A stretch of DNA of 64,000 bases from Candidatus Bathyarchaeota archaeon (GCA_963806535.1 CAWDYC010000007.1:64001-128000), one strand, 5' to 3'. Positions 19,457-30,030 are shown, numbered from the stretch's first letter. Numbers and translations: made by a program. Notes: a model not told the origin generated them from the sequence alone.

Positions 19457-20500
19457 TTGGCTAGTCTTTCACAATTGAAGTTTGCTATGTGGCTTTCGAT
19501 TTTCTTATCAGCCTTCATATTTGCCCTTCTTGTGTTTGCAATTGTTTTCTTCTTGCAACTGGATGTTTATGTGGGTTTAGCTGTTGCTTTGGGCGGTTCA
19601 GCACTCTTCATATTATTCCAGTATGCAGTGGGCCCAGCTATTGTTGCTGCAACAACCCATCTGCATTATCTTAAACCTGGCGAAAACCCGTGGCTTGAAA
19701 AAACAGTTAAAGAAATAGCTGACAAAAGCGGTTTACCCATGCCTAAATTAGCCACAGTTCCAAATAACACGCCTAACGCGTTTACTTTTGGCAGAGGTAC
19801 AAGCAGCGCCACCTTAGCTGTGCATGAAGGATTACTTAAGCAATTAAATGAAGACGAAGTTAAGGGTGTTATAGCTCACGAATTAGGCCATGTTAAACAT
19901 AAAGATTACATTGTTATGACTGTGCTCTCAGCCTTGCCCTTAATCGCATACTACGTTGCGCAGGTAACGTTGTATGCAGGTGCTTTCAGCGGTGGACGAA
20001 GAAACAGTAAAGACAATTCCGGGGCTGCATTGATTGCAATCGGTGTGATTGCTTTTGTAATATACATTTTAACGTTCCTCATTGTTATGAGACTGAGCCG
20101 ACTTCGAGAACACTATGCTGATGCTTACTCCGCTTATGTGACAGGGAACCCGCGAGAGCTTGAAAGTGCATTGGCAAAAATCACCTATGGCTTGTCCCTT
20201 TCACCTAAAGCCCCGGAAGGAGCAAGAGCATTCTACATTGAAGACCCAGCCGCGGCTAAACAAGAAGTGCAGCATATAATGGATCACAAAGATGAATATG
20301 ATTTAGACCACGACGGCGTGTTGGATGAACGTGAGTTGGAGCTAGCGATGGAGAAAGAATCCAAAAGCACCTGGGTTCAAATGAACAGTTTATTTGCCAC
20401 TCATCCACCCACGTTTAAACGCATTTTGCTTCTCAAAGAAATCGAGCAAGAAATGGACACAGGAAAGTACAGCAGCGACAAAGTCTACGCGCACGTCTAA
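19457..20500 (+). CDS. htpX: Zinc metalloprotease HtpX (M48 family)
   Basis: PNAF, HELGH, SRLREHYADA, FATHPP. Confidence 0.9.
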   Translation: MASLSQLKFAMWLSIFLSAFIFALLVFAIVFFLQLDVYVGLAVALGGSALFILFQYAVGPAIVAATTHLHYLKPGENPWLEKTVKEIADKSGLPMPKLATVPNNTPNAFTFGRGTSSATLAVHEGLLKQLNEDEVKGVIAHELGHVKHKDYIVMTVLSALPLIAYYVAQVTLYAGAFSGGRRNSKDNSGAALIAIGVIAFVIYILTFLIVMRLSRLREHYADAYSAYVTGNPRELESALAKITYGLSLSPKAPEGARAFYIEDPAAAKQEVQHIMDHKDEYDLDHDGVLDERELELAMEKESKSTWVQMNSLFATHPPTFKRILLLKEIEQEMDTGKYSSDKVYAHV

Positions 20501-20608
20501 GATAATAAATGCCCTATTTTTTTGGTTAAAACTCCTCTAAGCCATGCGAAGACTAATATCTTTGCGCTATCGATTTACTATAAAAAATAATCAGGAGAGA
20601 AACAAGAA

Positions 20609-20815
20609 ATGGTAAATTACTGTCCTGAATGCGGCGGAGAAATGCAATACATATCTTTGACAAAGCATTACGTCTGCAAAAGCTGCGGTTTATCCTGTAC
20701 CGGCCAAGAACTAAACGACTACAAAGACAAAAATAGACCAGGCGACGAAACCGAAGAAGAAGCAAAACAGAACCGCAAAAAAGAATACCTAAAATGGTAT
20801 CTTAGCAAAAAATAA
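20609..20815 (+). CDS. Small Zn-ribbon protein
   Basis: CPECGG...CKSCG; AGGAGA ribosome-binding site upstream. Confidence 0.75.
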   Translation: MVNYCPECGGEMQYISLTKHYVCKSCGLSCTGQELNDYKDKNRPGDETEEEAKQNRKKEYLKWYLSKK

Positions 20816-20978
20816 AAACTCTAAAACCGCCATTAAACCTTTTTGTTAGCTTTGACTCTAACTTAATTTTGAGTTTCCATCGATCTTAAACCATAACGAT
20901 ATGCTAGGAATAAGCAAACGGTATAAAAGAAAACAACCAATTTCTAATTTAGCTACATGTAAAACGATGCGAAGCGCA

Positions 20979-21812
20979 ATGTCTGTAGATATTGAAATAA
21001 TCTGTGTGGGCAACGAGCTGCTAATAGGCAAGATCCTGAACACAAATGCGTTTTGGCTATCCAAACAAGCCACGCAGCTTGGAGCAAACGTTAAGCGAAC
21101 AACGGTAATCCAAGACATCATTGAAGAAATTGGTAAATGCATCGTTGAAGCAATAGAGCGAAAACCACAGTTCATAATCACCACAGGTGGATTAGGGCCA
21201 ACTTTTGACGATAAAACGTTACAAGGCATAGCAAAAACATTAAACCGCAAATTACAAGTAAACCCAAAAGCATTGGCCATGATCAATCAAAAATGTATAG
21301 AATACGCGAAAAAACACCAATTATCAACAGAGATTGAGTTGACGGCGCCACGGGTTAAAATGGCAACCTTTCCAGAGGCCACAGAGGTCGTGAAAAACCC
21401 TGTTGGCACCGCGCCGGGGCTGCGAGTTGATGTAGATGGAACGGTTTTGTTTGCTTTGCCAGGCGTGCCTTCAGAAATGGAAGCTATTTTTATAGAAACA
21501 ATAGCGCCTATGATTAGACGAGCCGTCGGCGACAATGTTTTTTGTGAAAAAAGCATGTTCGTCGATAGCATGCCTGAATCCTATTTGGCGCCCCTAATCG
21601 ACCAAGCGATGGCTAACAATGAAGGCATCTACATAAAATCTCATGTATGCACAAAATCAAATCCAAATCCAGCCAAAAATAAGCCCCATATTGAAGTTCA
21701 CCTAACCATAAGAGCAAAGGAAGAAGAAAAGCCAGCTCAAAAGCTTTTGAAAGCCGCCGGGGAACTTGCAAGTTTAGTAGAGGCAAATGGCGGAAAAGTC
21801 AATATTGAATAA
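20979..21812 (+). CDS. cinA: CinA-family / molybdopterin-binding domain protein
   Basis: GNELLIGKILNTN, TTGGLGPTFDD, NPVGTAPG, LPGVPSEM; lacks the PncC domain. Confidence 0.8.
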   Translation: MSVDIEIICVGNELLIGKILNTNAFWLSKQATQLGANVKRTTVIQDIIEEIGKCIVEAIERKPQFIITTGGLGPTFDDKTLQGIAKTLNRKLQVNPKALAMINQKCIEYAKKHQLSTEIELTAPRVKMATFPEATEVVKNPVGTAPGLRVDVDGTVLFALPGVPSEMEAIFIETIAPMIRRAVGDNVFCEKSMFVDSMPESYLAPLIDQAMANNEGIYIKSHVCTKSNPNPAKNKPHIEVHLTIRAKEEEKPAQKLLKAAGELASLVEANGGKVNIE

Positions 21813-21875
21813 AACTTTGACTTAGTAAACTTGATTAAAAAAGTGCGTTTGATTAGTTTTTTCTGAATGGAAGGA

Positions 21876-22044
21876 GTTATTGACGGTTTTTGCTGCAGTT
21901 TTTGTTCTTTGTGTTTTAAGTTGCTTTTCTGAAATAAAGCTTAATTTCTTTGCAGGTTGAGTCAAAAAAAGTCTAAAAAAGTCAGAAAAAGTTAAAATTA
22001 GTCAATAAAAGTCAATAAAAGTCAAAATAAGTCAATAAAAGTCC
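21876..22044 (+). repeat. Dispersed non-coding element, copy B: 82-bp head plus 8 tandem 10-bp units (GTCAATAAAA consensus)
   Basis: 21961-22040 gtcaaaaaaa gtctaaaaaa gtcagaaaaa gttaaaatta gtcaataaaa gtcaataaaa gtcaaaataa gtcaataaaa; head homologous to 15046-15128. Confidence 0.85.
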
Positions 22045-22214
22045 TACTCTGACTCATTTCTTTCAGATACCTCTCTTTAAGTCCCGAAAAGACCCCTAAT
22101 ACATCAGCAAGCTCTAAAAACTGTTTCTGACCATTCGGCCTTAACTGAATTTAGAGCTAAAGAAAAATCAGGTTTAAATCTATCTTAAGAAAAGAAAAAT
22201 TAAAAAGGGAAAAA

Positions 22215-23390
22215 TTATGCTTTTTTGGCTTTTAGTGCTTGTTTAAGTATTTCTGCCTTGTCGGTTTTTTCCCAGCTAAATTCTGGTTCTTCCCTTCCGA
22301 AGTGGCCAAAAACCGCTGTTTTCTTGTAGATTGGTCTAAGCAGGTCAAGTTGTTCAATGATTGCTTTTGGTCTCATGTCAAAGTTCTTCTTAATGAGCTC
22401 AAGAATTTGCTCGTCTACCAATTTCCCAGTTTGGTAAGTATTGACTAGCACCGAAATAGGTTCAGCCACGCCGATTGCATATGAAATTTGTATTTCGCAT
22501 TGATCAGCTAACCCGGCTGCGACAACGTTTTTGGCGATGTATCTTGCCATGTAGCAGCCTGAACGGTCTACTTTTGATGGGTCTTTGCCGCTGAAACATC
22601 CGCCACCGTGGCTTCCAACTCCACCATATGTGTCAACAATGATTTTTCTGCCGGTTAAGCCTGAGTCTGCAAGTGTTCCGCCGATAACGAATCTGCCTGT
22701 ACCATTAATAACATATTTCACGTCTGGGCTCAGCATATCTGGTGGAATAACATATTTTATGACCTTTTCTATAATATCGTCCTTAAGTTTGGCGTCGTCG
22801 AGTGTTCCATTGTTTTGGGCAGCAATAACCACCGCAGTAACGCATTTTGGTTTGCCATTCTCATATTGTACTGTAACTTGAGATTTGCAGTCAGGACGCA
22901 GACAAGGAATAAGTTTAGTTTTTCTGCATTCAGCTAATCGTTTAACAAGTTTATGCGCCAGCATAATTGGTAGTGGCATAAGCTCTTTTGTCTCGTTGCT
23001 TGCGTAGCCAAAAACCATGCCTTGATCTCCGGCGCCTTGCTCGTGACCCGCGGTTTCGTTTACTCCCATTGCAATATCTGGAGACTGCGCGGTCAATGAA
23101 ACCAAAATGCCGCAGGTTTCCCAGTCCAAACCATCCTTCGCATTGTCAAACCCGATTTCTTTTAGGGTTTGGCGAACAATTTTTGGGATATCAATATAGG
23201 TGCAGGTGGTAATTTGACCAGTAATCATTACGGTTCCCTGCATAACGAGTGTTTCACAGTCAACTCGTGCTTTAGGGTCGTGGGTAAATATTGCGTCTAA
23301 AACGCTGTCGGATATTTGGTCTGATACTTTATCTGGGTGACCTTCACCGACTGATTCAGAAGTGAACAAATATTTTCCGTTTATTCTCAC
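22215..23390 (-). CDS. metK: S-adenosylmethionine synthetase, bacterial/eukaryotic type
   Basis: [35 protein letters not shown]; GTG start at 23390 preferred. Confidence 0.95.
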   Translation of the reverse strand: MRINGKYLFTSESVGEGHPDKVSDQISDSVLDAIFTHDPKARVDCETLVMQGTVMITGQITTCTYIDIPKIVRQTLKEIGFDNAKDGLDWETCGILVSLTAQSPDIAMGVNETAGHEQGAGDQGMVFGYASNETKELMPLPIMLAHKLVKRLAECRKTKLIPCLRPDCKSQVTVQYENGKPKCVTAVVIAAQNNGTLDDAKLKDDIIEKVIKYVIPPDMLSPDVKYVINGTGRFVIGGTLADSGLTGRKIIVDTYGGVGSHGGGCFSGKDPSKVDRSGCYMARYIAKNVVAAGLADQCEIQISYAIGVAEPISVLVNTYQTGKLVDEQILELIKKNFDMRPKAIIEQLDLLRPIYKKTAVFGHFGREEPEFSWEKTDKAEILKQALKAKKA

Positions 23391-23551
23391 AGGAATCTTT
23401 CTCCATGCTTTAATGAATAAGAACATAAGTAACTTGGCGTTTTTCTTAAAAGTCTTTCTGAAAAACAAGCATCTAATTAACGAAGAACAATAGTTGAACT
23501 CAGGACAAAAACCATTTTAACCCGTTAAACACCCAGAAGAATGAGAAAGAA

Positions 23552-23929
23552 ATGAAAAAAATCATATTTACTGAAAAAGCGCCAAAACCTATAGGTCCTT
23601 ACAATCAAGCAGTATTAGTGGGAAAATTTCTATTTGTCTCAGGGCAGCTTGGAATTGATCCAAAGGAAGGAAAAATAGTTGCCAGCGACATCACATTGCA
23701 GACAAAGCAAGTTATGGAGAACATAAAAGCTATTTTGAAAGCTGCAGGGTTCAGTCTTAGAGACATCGTTCAATCAAACGTTTTTCTTTCTTCAATGGTT
23801 TTATTTGATGAGTTTAACAAAGAGTATGCCAGGTTTTTTGATGGAGAATTTCCGGCGCGGGCAACAGTTGGCGTGGAATTGAAGGGGAACGCGTTAATTG
23901 AGGTTTCAGTAGTTGCTTACAAAAAATAA
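23552..23929 (+). CDS. ridA: RidA family enamine/imine deaminase
   Basis: APKPIGPYNQAV, VSGQLG, FPARATV. Confidence 0.9.
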   Translation: MKKIIFTEKAPKPIGPYNQAVLVGKFLFVSGQLGIDPKEGKIVASDITLQTKQVMENIKAILKAAGFSLRDIVQSNVFLSSMVLFDEFNKEYARFFDGEFPARATVGVELKGNALIEVSVVAYKK

Positions 23930-24047
23930 GCCGTTTTTCATTGGCGCCTTTTTTCAAATTAATCAGAATGGCGGTACCCTAAACGTCACAAGCTGTTACT
24001 TCATCCATTCTTCGGCTGATGTTTCGTTGTTTTTATTTGGAATAACG

Positions 24048-25328
24048 TTACTTTTGGTTCCAATAAATATTGTATGCTGAAACGAAAGCAGTAAAGTCTT
24101 TAGAGTCTATTTTGCCGTCATGATTAAAGTCCGCCGCAGGATTAACATAGCCATTATTCCAATAAGAATTGTAAGCTCGCGAGAAGGCTATAAAGTCATT
24201 TCCGTCAACTCTAAAGTCGCCATTCAAGTCGCCTTTAGGAGTTACCCCGAGTGTTATTGGCGAAAAAGTGTTAGCCTGCCCCGATGAAGACTCAACATAG
24301 GCAGTAATCGTATAGTTTCCTATAGGCAAGTTTTCGCTGCCCAAAGAGCTGTTTATAATTATTGAGTTTCCGCTACCTAAAGTCTCCGTTCCATTGTATA
24401 TTAAGGTTGAAAAGTTTTTGGAAGTTGCAATCAAGTGAAATTGCGCGGTCTCTGAAGAGCTGCCCTTATTCTGCAATGAAATGCCTACGGGGAATGTAAA
24501 ACCGGACTCCACAAGAGATTGCTGCAGCATAATGTTAGTAACTGTAATGTTTGAAGGTGAAGAAGCAGTGGTAGCAGAATCAACAGGATTTATCAAAAAT
24601 ACAGGGTCAGCAAACCAACAATTGGCATTTGCTGATACATCACGCCCTTCAAACCAAGGAACCACAGAATCGATCTGAACAGAACTACATGAATAAGGTG
24701 CAAAGGGCAATGAATTAGACGAAATTGTAACATAATTATAATACGTAGTTGGAACTGTCAAATCCCAAGTTATCTGCGTCCAATCTTGACCCCAATGAAC
24801 ATAAGTTATTCCTCCCGTAAAACTGCTATAATCTTGTTCGATTTCTGCATTTTGCGGGTGCCCTGCTTGATGCCCCGCAGTATCAACAGTGGCTATTCCA
24901 TAACCCAAATTACTATGAATGTAAAAGTCTAAGCCTATTTCTGCTCCAGAATATTGACTGTTACTTGTGTAGGTTGCAGTTTTTATCCATGCCGAAAACA
25001 CAATATGGTCGCCTGGTTTAACGTTGAGCCAAGCTCCGTCAACCTCTCTTGTACCCCTAACATAGTCTGGTCCCGTCCGAATACTAACATCACCATTATG
25101 AAGAGTGCCATAATCAAGAGACGCATAAGAAGCAGCTGCACCATTCATATCAGGATAGAAGGCACTAATAGGTTCCAAATTTAGTGAAGAAGAGGGGGAA
25201 ACCGTAGTTGTACTATGAACAAGCAAAGTCAAGAACGGAAATAATGCCAAAACCACAAGAAACAACAAACAAAAAGATTTACGACTATTCTTAATTACGC
25301 ATCCCCTCATCCCGTAATCCTCAAACAT
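24048..25328 (-). CDS. Secreted protein: CBM-like beta-sandwich + CARDB-like domain + C-terminal dockerin
   Basis: Signal/TM segment; duplicated Ca-loops GDLNGDFRVDGND and ADFNHDGKIDSKD. Confidence 0.8.
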   Translation of the reverse strand: MFEDYGMRGCVIKNSRKSFCLLFLVVLALFPFLTLLVHSTTTVSPSSSLNLEPISAFYPDMNGAAASYASLDYGTLHNGDVSIRTGPDYVRGTREVDGAWLNVKPGDHIVFSAWIKTATYTSNSQYSGAEIGLDFYIHSNLGYGIATVDTAGHQAGHPQNAEIEQDYSSFTGGITYVHWGQDWTQITWDLTVPTTYYNYVTISSNSLPFAPYSCSSVQIDSVVPWFEGRDVSANANCWFADPVFLINPVDSATTASSPSNITVTNIMLQQSLVESGFTFPVGISLQNKGSSSETAQFHLIATSKNFSTLIYNGTETLGSGNSIIINSSLGSENLPIGNYTITAYVESSSGQANTFSPITLGVTPKGDLNGDFRVDGNDFIAFSRAYNSYWNNGYVNPAADFNHDGKIDSKDFTAFVSAYNIYWNQK

Positions 25329-25506
25329 AGCCTGAGGGCTTTCCTTTGATGCTAAGGCTAATTTGCTTTATCTACATAGAATATATGGAAAATAGGAGCC
25401 ACAATAGTTGGAAGATTTACTCGTTGAGATTTTTTGTTGTAATTAAATAGACCAAAGGTATTCTTTTCGGCAAATTATAAAAACCTTATAAGACTTAGTT
25501 AAAGCA

Positions 25507-26142
25507 GTGCAAAACATGGCTTCATCGCTAAAAAAGTTTATACAAGAAATCGCTGGAAAAAAAGCCCCAGGACCATCAACTACATTCACCGTATTCCATG
25601 TTTTCTATTCTTTAGAGCTAATGTCTCAGAAACCTATAGGCAGAAACAAATTAGCCAAGAAACTAAATGTTGGAGACGGAGCTGTACGCACAATAATAAG
25701 TAGGCTCAGAAATGCCCGTTTAATTGAAACCTCAAAAGAAGGATGCAGTTTAACAAAAAAAGGCGCAGATATTTGGAAGCAATTTGAGGAGATTTTTCCC
25801 AAACGCGTCGAAATCGTGAAATCTGAACTAAATCAATCTGATAATAATTTTGCTTTTCTAGTTAAAAACAGTGGACAAAAGGTACAATCTGGAATTGATC
25901 AACGAGACGCAGCTATAATTGCTGGCGCACGTAAGGCCCTAGTTATCGTTTTCAAAGAGGGGCATTTACGTATTGAATCAGTCAGCAATTGCATAGAGAA
26001 AGAATACCCAACGGCGGCAAACCAAATTCTTCAAGAATTAAGCCCTGAGGAAAACGATGTCATCATAGTTGCTGGCGCGGATTCAGCTTTTAAGGCTAAA
26101 CGTGGAGCTTTTGCAGCCAGCTGGTCACTTATTACCGCTTGA
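25507..26142 (+). CDS. wHTH regulator, DUF4443-like
   Basis: IGRNKLAKKLNVGDGAVRTII HTH; SGIDQRDAAIIAGA. Confidence 0.75.
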   Translation: MQNMASSLKKFIQEIAGKKAPGPSTTFTVFHVFYSLELMSQKPIGRNKLAKKLNVGDGAVRTIISRLRNARLIETSKEGCSLTKKGADIWKQFEEIFPKRVEIVKSELNQSDNNFAFLVKNSGQKVQSGIDQRDAAIIAGARKALVIVFKEGHLRIESVSNCIEKEYPTAANQILQELSPEENDVIIVAGADSAFKAKRGAFAASWSLITA

Positions 26143-26144
26143 GT

Positions 26145-26906
26145 TTATGTTGTGTATTTTTCGCCTTCGTTTAAAATCCGTTCAAGAGTCGTATTAATGT
26201 TGGTCATTCCCTCATTTGTTTTTGAAGAAAGAGGCATAAGCAAGAATTTCATACCGAGTTTATTTATCGCTTGCATCATATTACGGCTAAAAAGGCGTTT
26301 CGTACCTTCTAGTTTCTCTTCTATGGCGTCTTCAAGTGCTCTGGTGTTAGCTGACCAAGAAGCAATTGCCTGAACATCCTTTTTCGGTAACAAATCAGTT
26401 TTAGACAGCACATGAAGTTGGGGCTGGAAAAAACGGTTGAAAACAGCGGCTGAAAGAAACATGTTTGAGACATAGTTAAGTGGGTTAATTGAGAAGACTG
26501 CGTCAAAGAGGTAAATTAACGCCTTAGGCTCTTTTGTTAACTCGTTGACTATATACGGTCCGCTTGCTCTAAAGGCAAATAATTCCATTTGTCCAGGAGT
26601 ATCAACTAAAACAAAGTCAGCGTGAGCTTCCTCGATATCACGGGTTAAATTTTCAATTTCATCCGCAATTAAATCAGCGGCCATAATCAAAGCGCCATTC
26701 GGCCCCAAACCATACTTCTCCATTATATCGCCAACATCAACGTAATTGCGTACATCAACATCTGGAGAATATGGAAGTTTTAATGCTCCAGGATCCAAAT
26801 TGACCACAGCAACATCTTGTTTTGACATTTTCAGCCATTCACTAAACGCGGCTGTAAAAAGGGACTTACCAGAACCAGCTGTTCCAATAATAAACGTAAG
26901 AGGCAC
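26145..26906 (-). CDS. GPN-loop GTPase (ATP/GTP-binding protein)
   Basis: GTAGSGKS P-loop, NLDPG, GPNG, DTPGQMELF; start at GTG 26906 or ATG 26936. Confidence 0.9.
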   Translation of the reverse strand: MPLTFIIGTAGSGKSLFTAAFSEWLKMSKQDVAVVNLDPGALKLPYSPDVDVRNYVDVGDIMEKYGLGPNGALIMAADLIADEIENLTRDIEEAHADFVLVDTPGQMELFAFRASGPYIVNELTKEPKALIYLFDAVFSINPLNYVSNMFLSAAVFNRFFQPQLHVLSKTDLLPKKDVQAIASWSANTRALEDAIEEKLEGTKRLFSRNMMQAINKLGMKFLLMPLSSKTNEGMTNINTTLERILNEGEKYTT

Positions 26907-27074
26907 TTTAATATCTCCAACCAACGATTGAATCATTCTAAAAGTAATAACCTTTCTGTAATAATCCCTTTTATTGTAACTAGTTTTAGTTTTTAGACCT
27001 ATGATTAGCCAACGGAGGATGAGTGTTATGCAGAGTGTGTAGCTAAACCAAATGGGCTTGGGTGTAATCATTTT

Positions 27075-27195
27075 AAAACTAATTGCTCAGCGAATCTAAC
27101 GTTCAACAAGGTGGGATAAGATTGGGGATTATATGGGCTGTTAAACGTTGATTCGCTGAGGCATTCCATTTGATGGACTGTATTTCTCGGCAATA
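27075..27195 (-). ncRNA. Candidate small RNA unit 1 (long hairpin, CU-rich loop)
   Basis: Stem ctcagcgaatc/gattcgctgag extended by aacgtttaaca/tgttgaacgtt; promoter-like ATAG-N15-CTTAA at 27241-27218; ends and strand inferred. Confidence 0.45.
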
Positions 27196-27315
27196 GGACA
27201 TACTATCATGGCGATTCTTAAGAATTTCACAAATATTCTATAGATTAAAAAGTAAACTACATTGAATTAGTAGGTGAGATCATTATTCTGCAGAATTTCA
27301 TTTTTAACACTTAAG

Positions 27316-27472
27316 AAAAAAAAGTCGTATCTGCCTTGGCGGATCAACGATAACTAGGAGCGTGCATAGGAAACGGGGAGGAGTCATGGCAAAATAGGAG
27401 TGGCTCACACCTGTGTCAGCGTTGATTCGCCAAGGCTACTGGTCGAGTGGTGAGGTAGCCGCCTTATGGCTA
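27316..27472 (-). ncRNA. Candidate small RNA unit 2 (paralog of unit 1)
   Basis: 17-bp stem 27333-27349 / 27420-27436; promoter-like ATAG-N15-CTTAA at 27520-27497; T8 tract at 27323-27316. Confidence 0.5.
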
Positions 27473-27650
27473 AACTATTGAAGCGTAACCTAGAAATTAA
27501 GAGTTATACCAATAAACTATGTAGAAAATAGAAAACAATTTAATGTTTTATGGAGATAACCAATTTTTGGAAAAAGTATTGCTGAATTAAAATGGAAATC
27601 AAAATGCTTACCTATGAGAAATTAACTAATAACTTAGTGTAGTGCTTTGT

Positions 27651-27893
27651 TTATCTAAATGTTGCGCGTATCAATCGCTGGTAAATATAGATAAAGTAGA
27701 TTGCAGCGAAAGCTGTTAGTGTCACTTCAATTGTTAGGATTGATGGGCTTGACTCTACCGCTTTGAAATACCCTTGCATGAGGATGTCGGAAAAGACAAG
27801 GATTTGGAGGAAAATTGCACCGCCTAAACAGCTTAAGCCTAAACTGTGAATAACTAGGCTGATTCGATGATTTAGTTTTGGGTCGATAGTCAT
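27651..27893 (-). CDS. Small 2-TM membrane protein
   Basis: 80-aa ORF with two hydrophobic helices, downstream of pstB. Confidence 0.65.
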   Translation of the reverse strand: MTIDPKLNHRISLVIHSLGLSCLGGAIFLQILVFSDILMQGYFKAVESSPSILTIEVTLTAFAAIYFIYIYQRLIRATFR

Positions 27894-27990
27894 TGGTTAT
27901 CGGAATACTAGCAGTATCATATTAAGACTTAAGATTTATGAAGATAAAAGCTGAATTACAAATTAATTTGGAAAAAAAGAATGTTAGAGT

Positions 27991-28743
27991 CTACCCGAAC
28001 ATGCCCTTTATATAATTTGTAGTCAATTCACTTTCAGGCTTCTCGAAAAGAGTTTTGGTTTCATTGAACTCAATAAGCTCACCAACATACATAAAAGCTG
28101 TATAATCGGAAACCCTTAGCGCTTGCTGTAAGTTATGTGTAACTATTATAACAGTGTATTTTTCTTTAAGCTCTCCGACAAGGGATTCGATTCTTGAAGT
28201 AGCAGCTGGATCTAATGCGCTGCAGGGTTCATCCATCAGAATCAGTTCAGGTTCAGCAGCCAATGCGCGGGCTATGCACAGCCTTTGCTGTTGCCCACCT
28301 GAGAGACAAAAAGCGCTTTCATTCAATCGATCTTTTACTTCATCCCACAACCCAGCGCCTATAAGGCTATTTTCGACAATTTCCTTAAGTTTTTCTCCTT
28401 TCGCCGTGTTATGTATTCTAGGTCCAAAAGCTACATTTTCAAAAATTGATTTTGGGAATGGATTTGGTTTTTGAAAAACCATTCCAATTTTTCTCCTTAA
28501 GTCGTAAACATTACTATCGTCTCCATAAATATTTTGACCGCCAAAAATTATTTCGCCTGAGGTTTTGCAGCCAATAATAAAATCATTCATTCGATTAATT
28601 GACCGCAGAAGTGTTGATTTACCGCATCCTGAAGGACCCATTATAGCAGTTGTTGCATTTTCTCTTATTCCTATATCGACATCTTTCAGAACATGATTGT
28701 TTTTGAACCATAGATTGAATTTTTTTGTTTGGACTTTTCCCAA
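27991..28743 (-). CDS. pstB: Phosphate ABC transporter ATP-binding protein
   Basis: [45 protein letters not shown]; TTG start after GGAGG. Confidence 0.95.
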   Translation of the reverse strand: MGKVQTKKFNLWFKNNHVLKDVDIGIRENATTAIMGPSGCGKSTLLRSINRMNDFIIGCKTSGEIIFGGQNIYGDDSNVYDLRRKIGMVFQKPNPFPKSIFENVAFGPRIHNTAKGEKLKEIVENSLIGAGLWDEVKDRLNESAFCLSGGQQQRLCIARALAAEPELILMDEPCSALDPAATSRIESLVGELKEKYTVIIVTHNLQQALRVSDYTAFMYVGELIEFNETKTLFEKPESELTTNYIKGMFG

Positions 28744-28983
28744 GTTTCCTCCTCCGGGTGACGAGTTGGCATTAACAAATGGTTTACCGTCCTTTCGTGT
28801 CTCAATTGGCTTCGATAACAATATTTGGTCTCCTTGGCATTTCTGCTGAAAATGTGAGCTCGTTTGGTTATATTGGTTTCCACAATAGGCATTATAGTAT
28901 ATATATTCTGTTTAGGCAACGAATTTATTATATAATTCATGAATAGGACACATACTTGCTAGCTTATTATGTGAGAAGGATCA

Positions 28984-30024
28984 ATGGTGTGGCAAACGAA
29001 ACAAGATGAAGAAACAAGAAAGGTCCAATTTACTGGCGGCTCAACTTATATTATTTCTCTTCCCAAAAGATGGATCTCTCAAAATCGAATAGAAAAAGGA
29101 AGCTTTATAAAATTACGTGAGGAAGAAGGCGGACTCTTAACAATTGTTCCACCAGGTTCATTAATTCATAACAAATTGGAAGAAGCAGTAATAAAAGTGT
29201 CTCTTGATGATGATTCCGAATCAATCACTCGAAAGATGGTGTCTGCCTATTTAGCAGGTTATGATTCAATTTACGTTAAAGCAGACAAACAGAATTTTTC
29301 AAATAAGCAAAGGCATGAAATGAAAAATTTTGTTCGACACATGCTTGTTGGAACCGAAATCGTAAGCGACACTTCCAATCAATTAATCTTGCAAGTTCTC
29401 TTAAGTTTTCCTGAATTGACCATTCAAAGCGCTTTAAGAAGAATGAGCATAATCACCAAATCGATGCACAATGACGCTGTAACGTGTATTACAACAAACG
29501 ATAAAGGACTTGCCAAAGAGGTCGTATCAACAGATAATGAGGTAGACAGATTCAATCTTTATGTAACTAGACTTTTGAAGACAGCCGTATACAGCCCACG
29601 ACTAATCAAAGAAATTGGGCTTCTAAACGGAGACGATTGTTTAGGATATCGCCTGGTAACAAAGTATGTTGAACGCACTGCTGACCATGCAGTGAGGATA
29701 GCAGAAAATGCATTGAACCTCAAGAGTACTCCAAATCATGAAATCACTCAAAGAATTGAAAAAATGAGCACAGCTGCCATAGAAATGTTTAGCAACGCAA
29801 TGGAATCGTTGTTTAGGCAAGACTACAAAGGCGCAGAAAAAATAATTCAAAGTCTCAAACAGCTTATAGACTTTGAAAAAGATGCCGTGTTGTTGTCTCA
29901 GTCAGATATAGAGCAAGATGCTATTTTGCGTTTGATTATTGAAAGCATAAAGAGAACCGCTGAATACGCGTGCGATATTTCGGAGATTGTTCTAAATTTG
30001 ACTATTGGTTCAATACTCGTGTGA
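28984..30024 (+). CDS. phoU: Archaeal phosphate uptake regulator (AbrB domain + 2x PhoU)
   Basis: RKVQFTGGSTYIISLPKRW AbrB domain; DNEVDR, ERTADHAVRIAE, RTAEYACDISE. Confidence 0.92.
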   Translation: MVWQTKQDEETRKVQFTGGSTYIISLPKRWISQNRIEKGSFIKLREEEGGLLTIVPPGSLIHNKLEEAVIKVSLDDDSESITRKMVSAYLAGYDSIYVKADKQNFSNKQRHEMKNFVRHMLVGTEIVSDTSNQLILQVLLSFPELTIQSALRRMSIITKSMHNDAVTCITTNDKGLAKEVVSTDNEVDRFNLYVTRLLKTAVYSPRLIKEIGLLNGDDCLGYRLVTKYVERTADHAVRIAENALNLKSTPNHEITQRIEKMSTAAIEMFSNAMESLFRQDYKGAEKIIQSLKQLIDFEKDAVLLSQSDIEQDAILRLIIESIKRTAEYACDISEIVLNLTIGSILV

Positions 30025-30030
30025 TATGAT

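Noticed and set aside
21961-22044. CRISPR array
   Set aside because: Units are 10 bp and contiguous, with no spacers and no cas genes in the window
26907-27071. N-terminal extension of the GPN GTPase
   Set aside because: It precedes the P-loop by too much and overlaps promoter-like and hairpin sequence; the downstream start is more plausible
27001-27472. tRNA, SRP RNA, RNase P RNA or rRNA processing stem
   Set aside because: No cloverleaf, conserved signature or bulge-helix-bulge motif is recognisable
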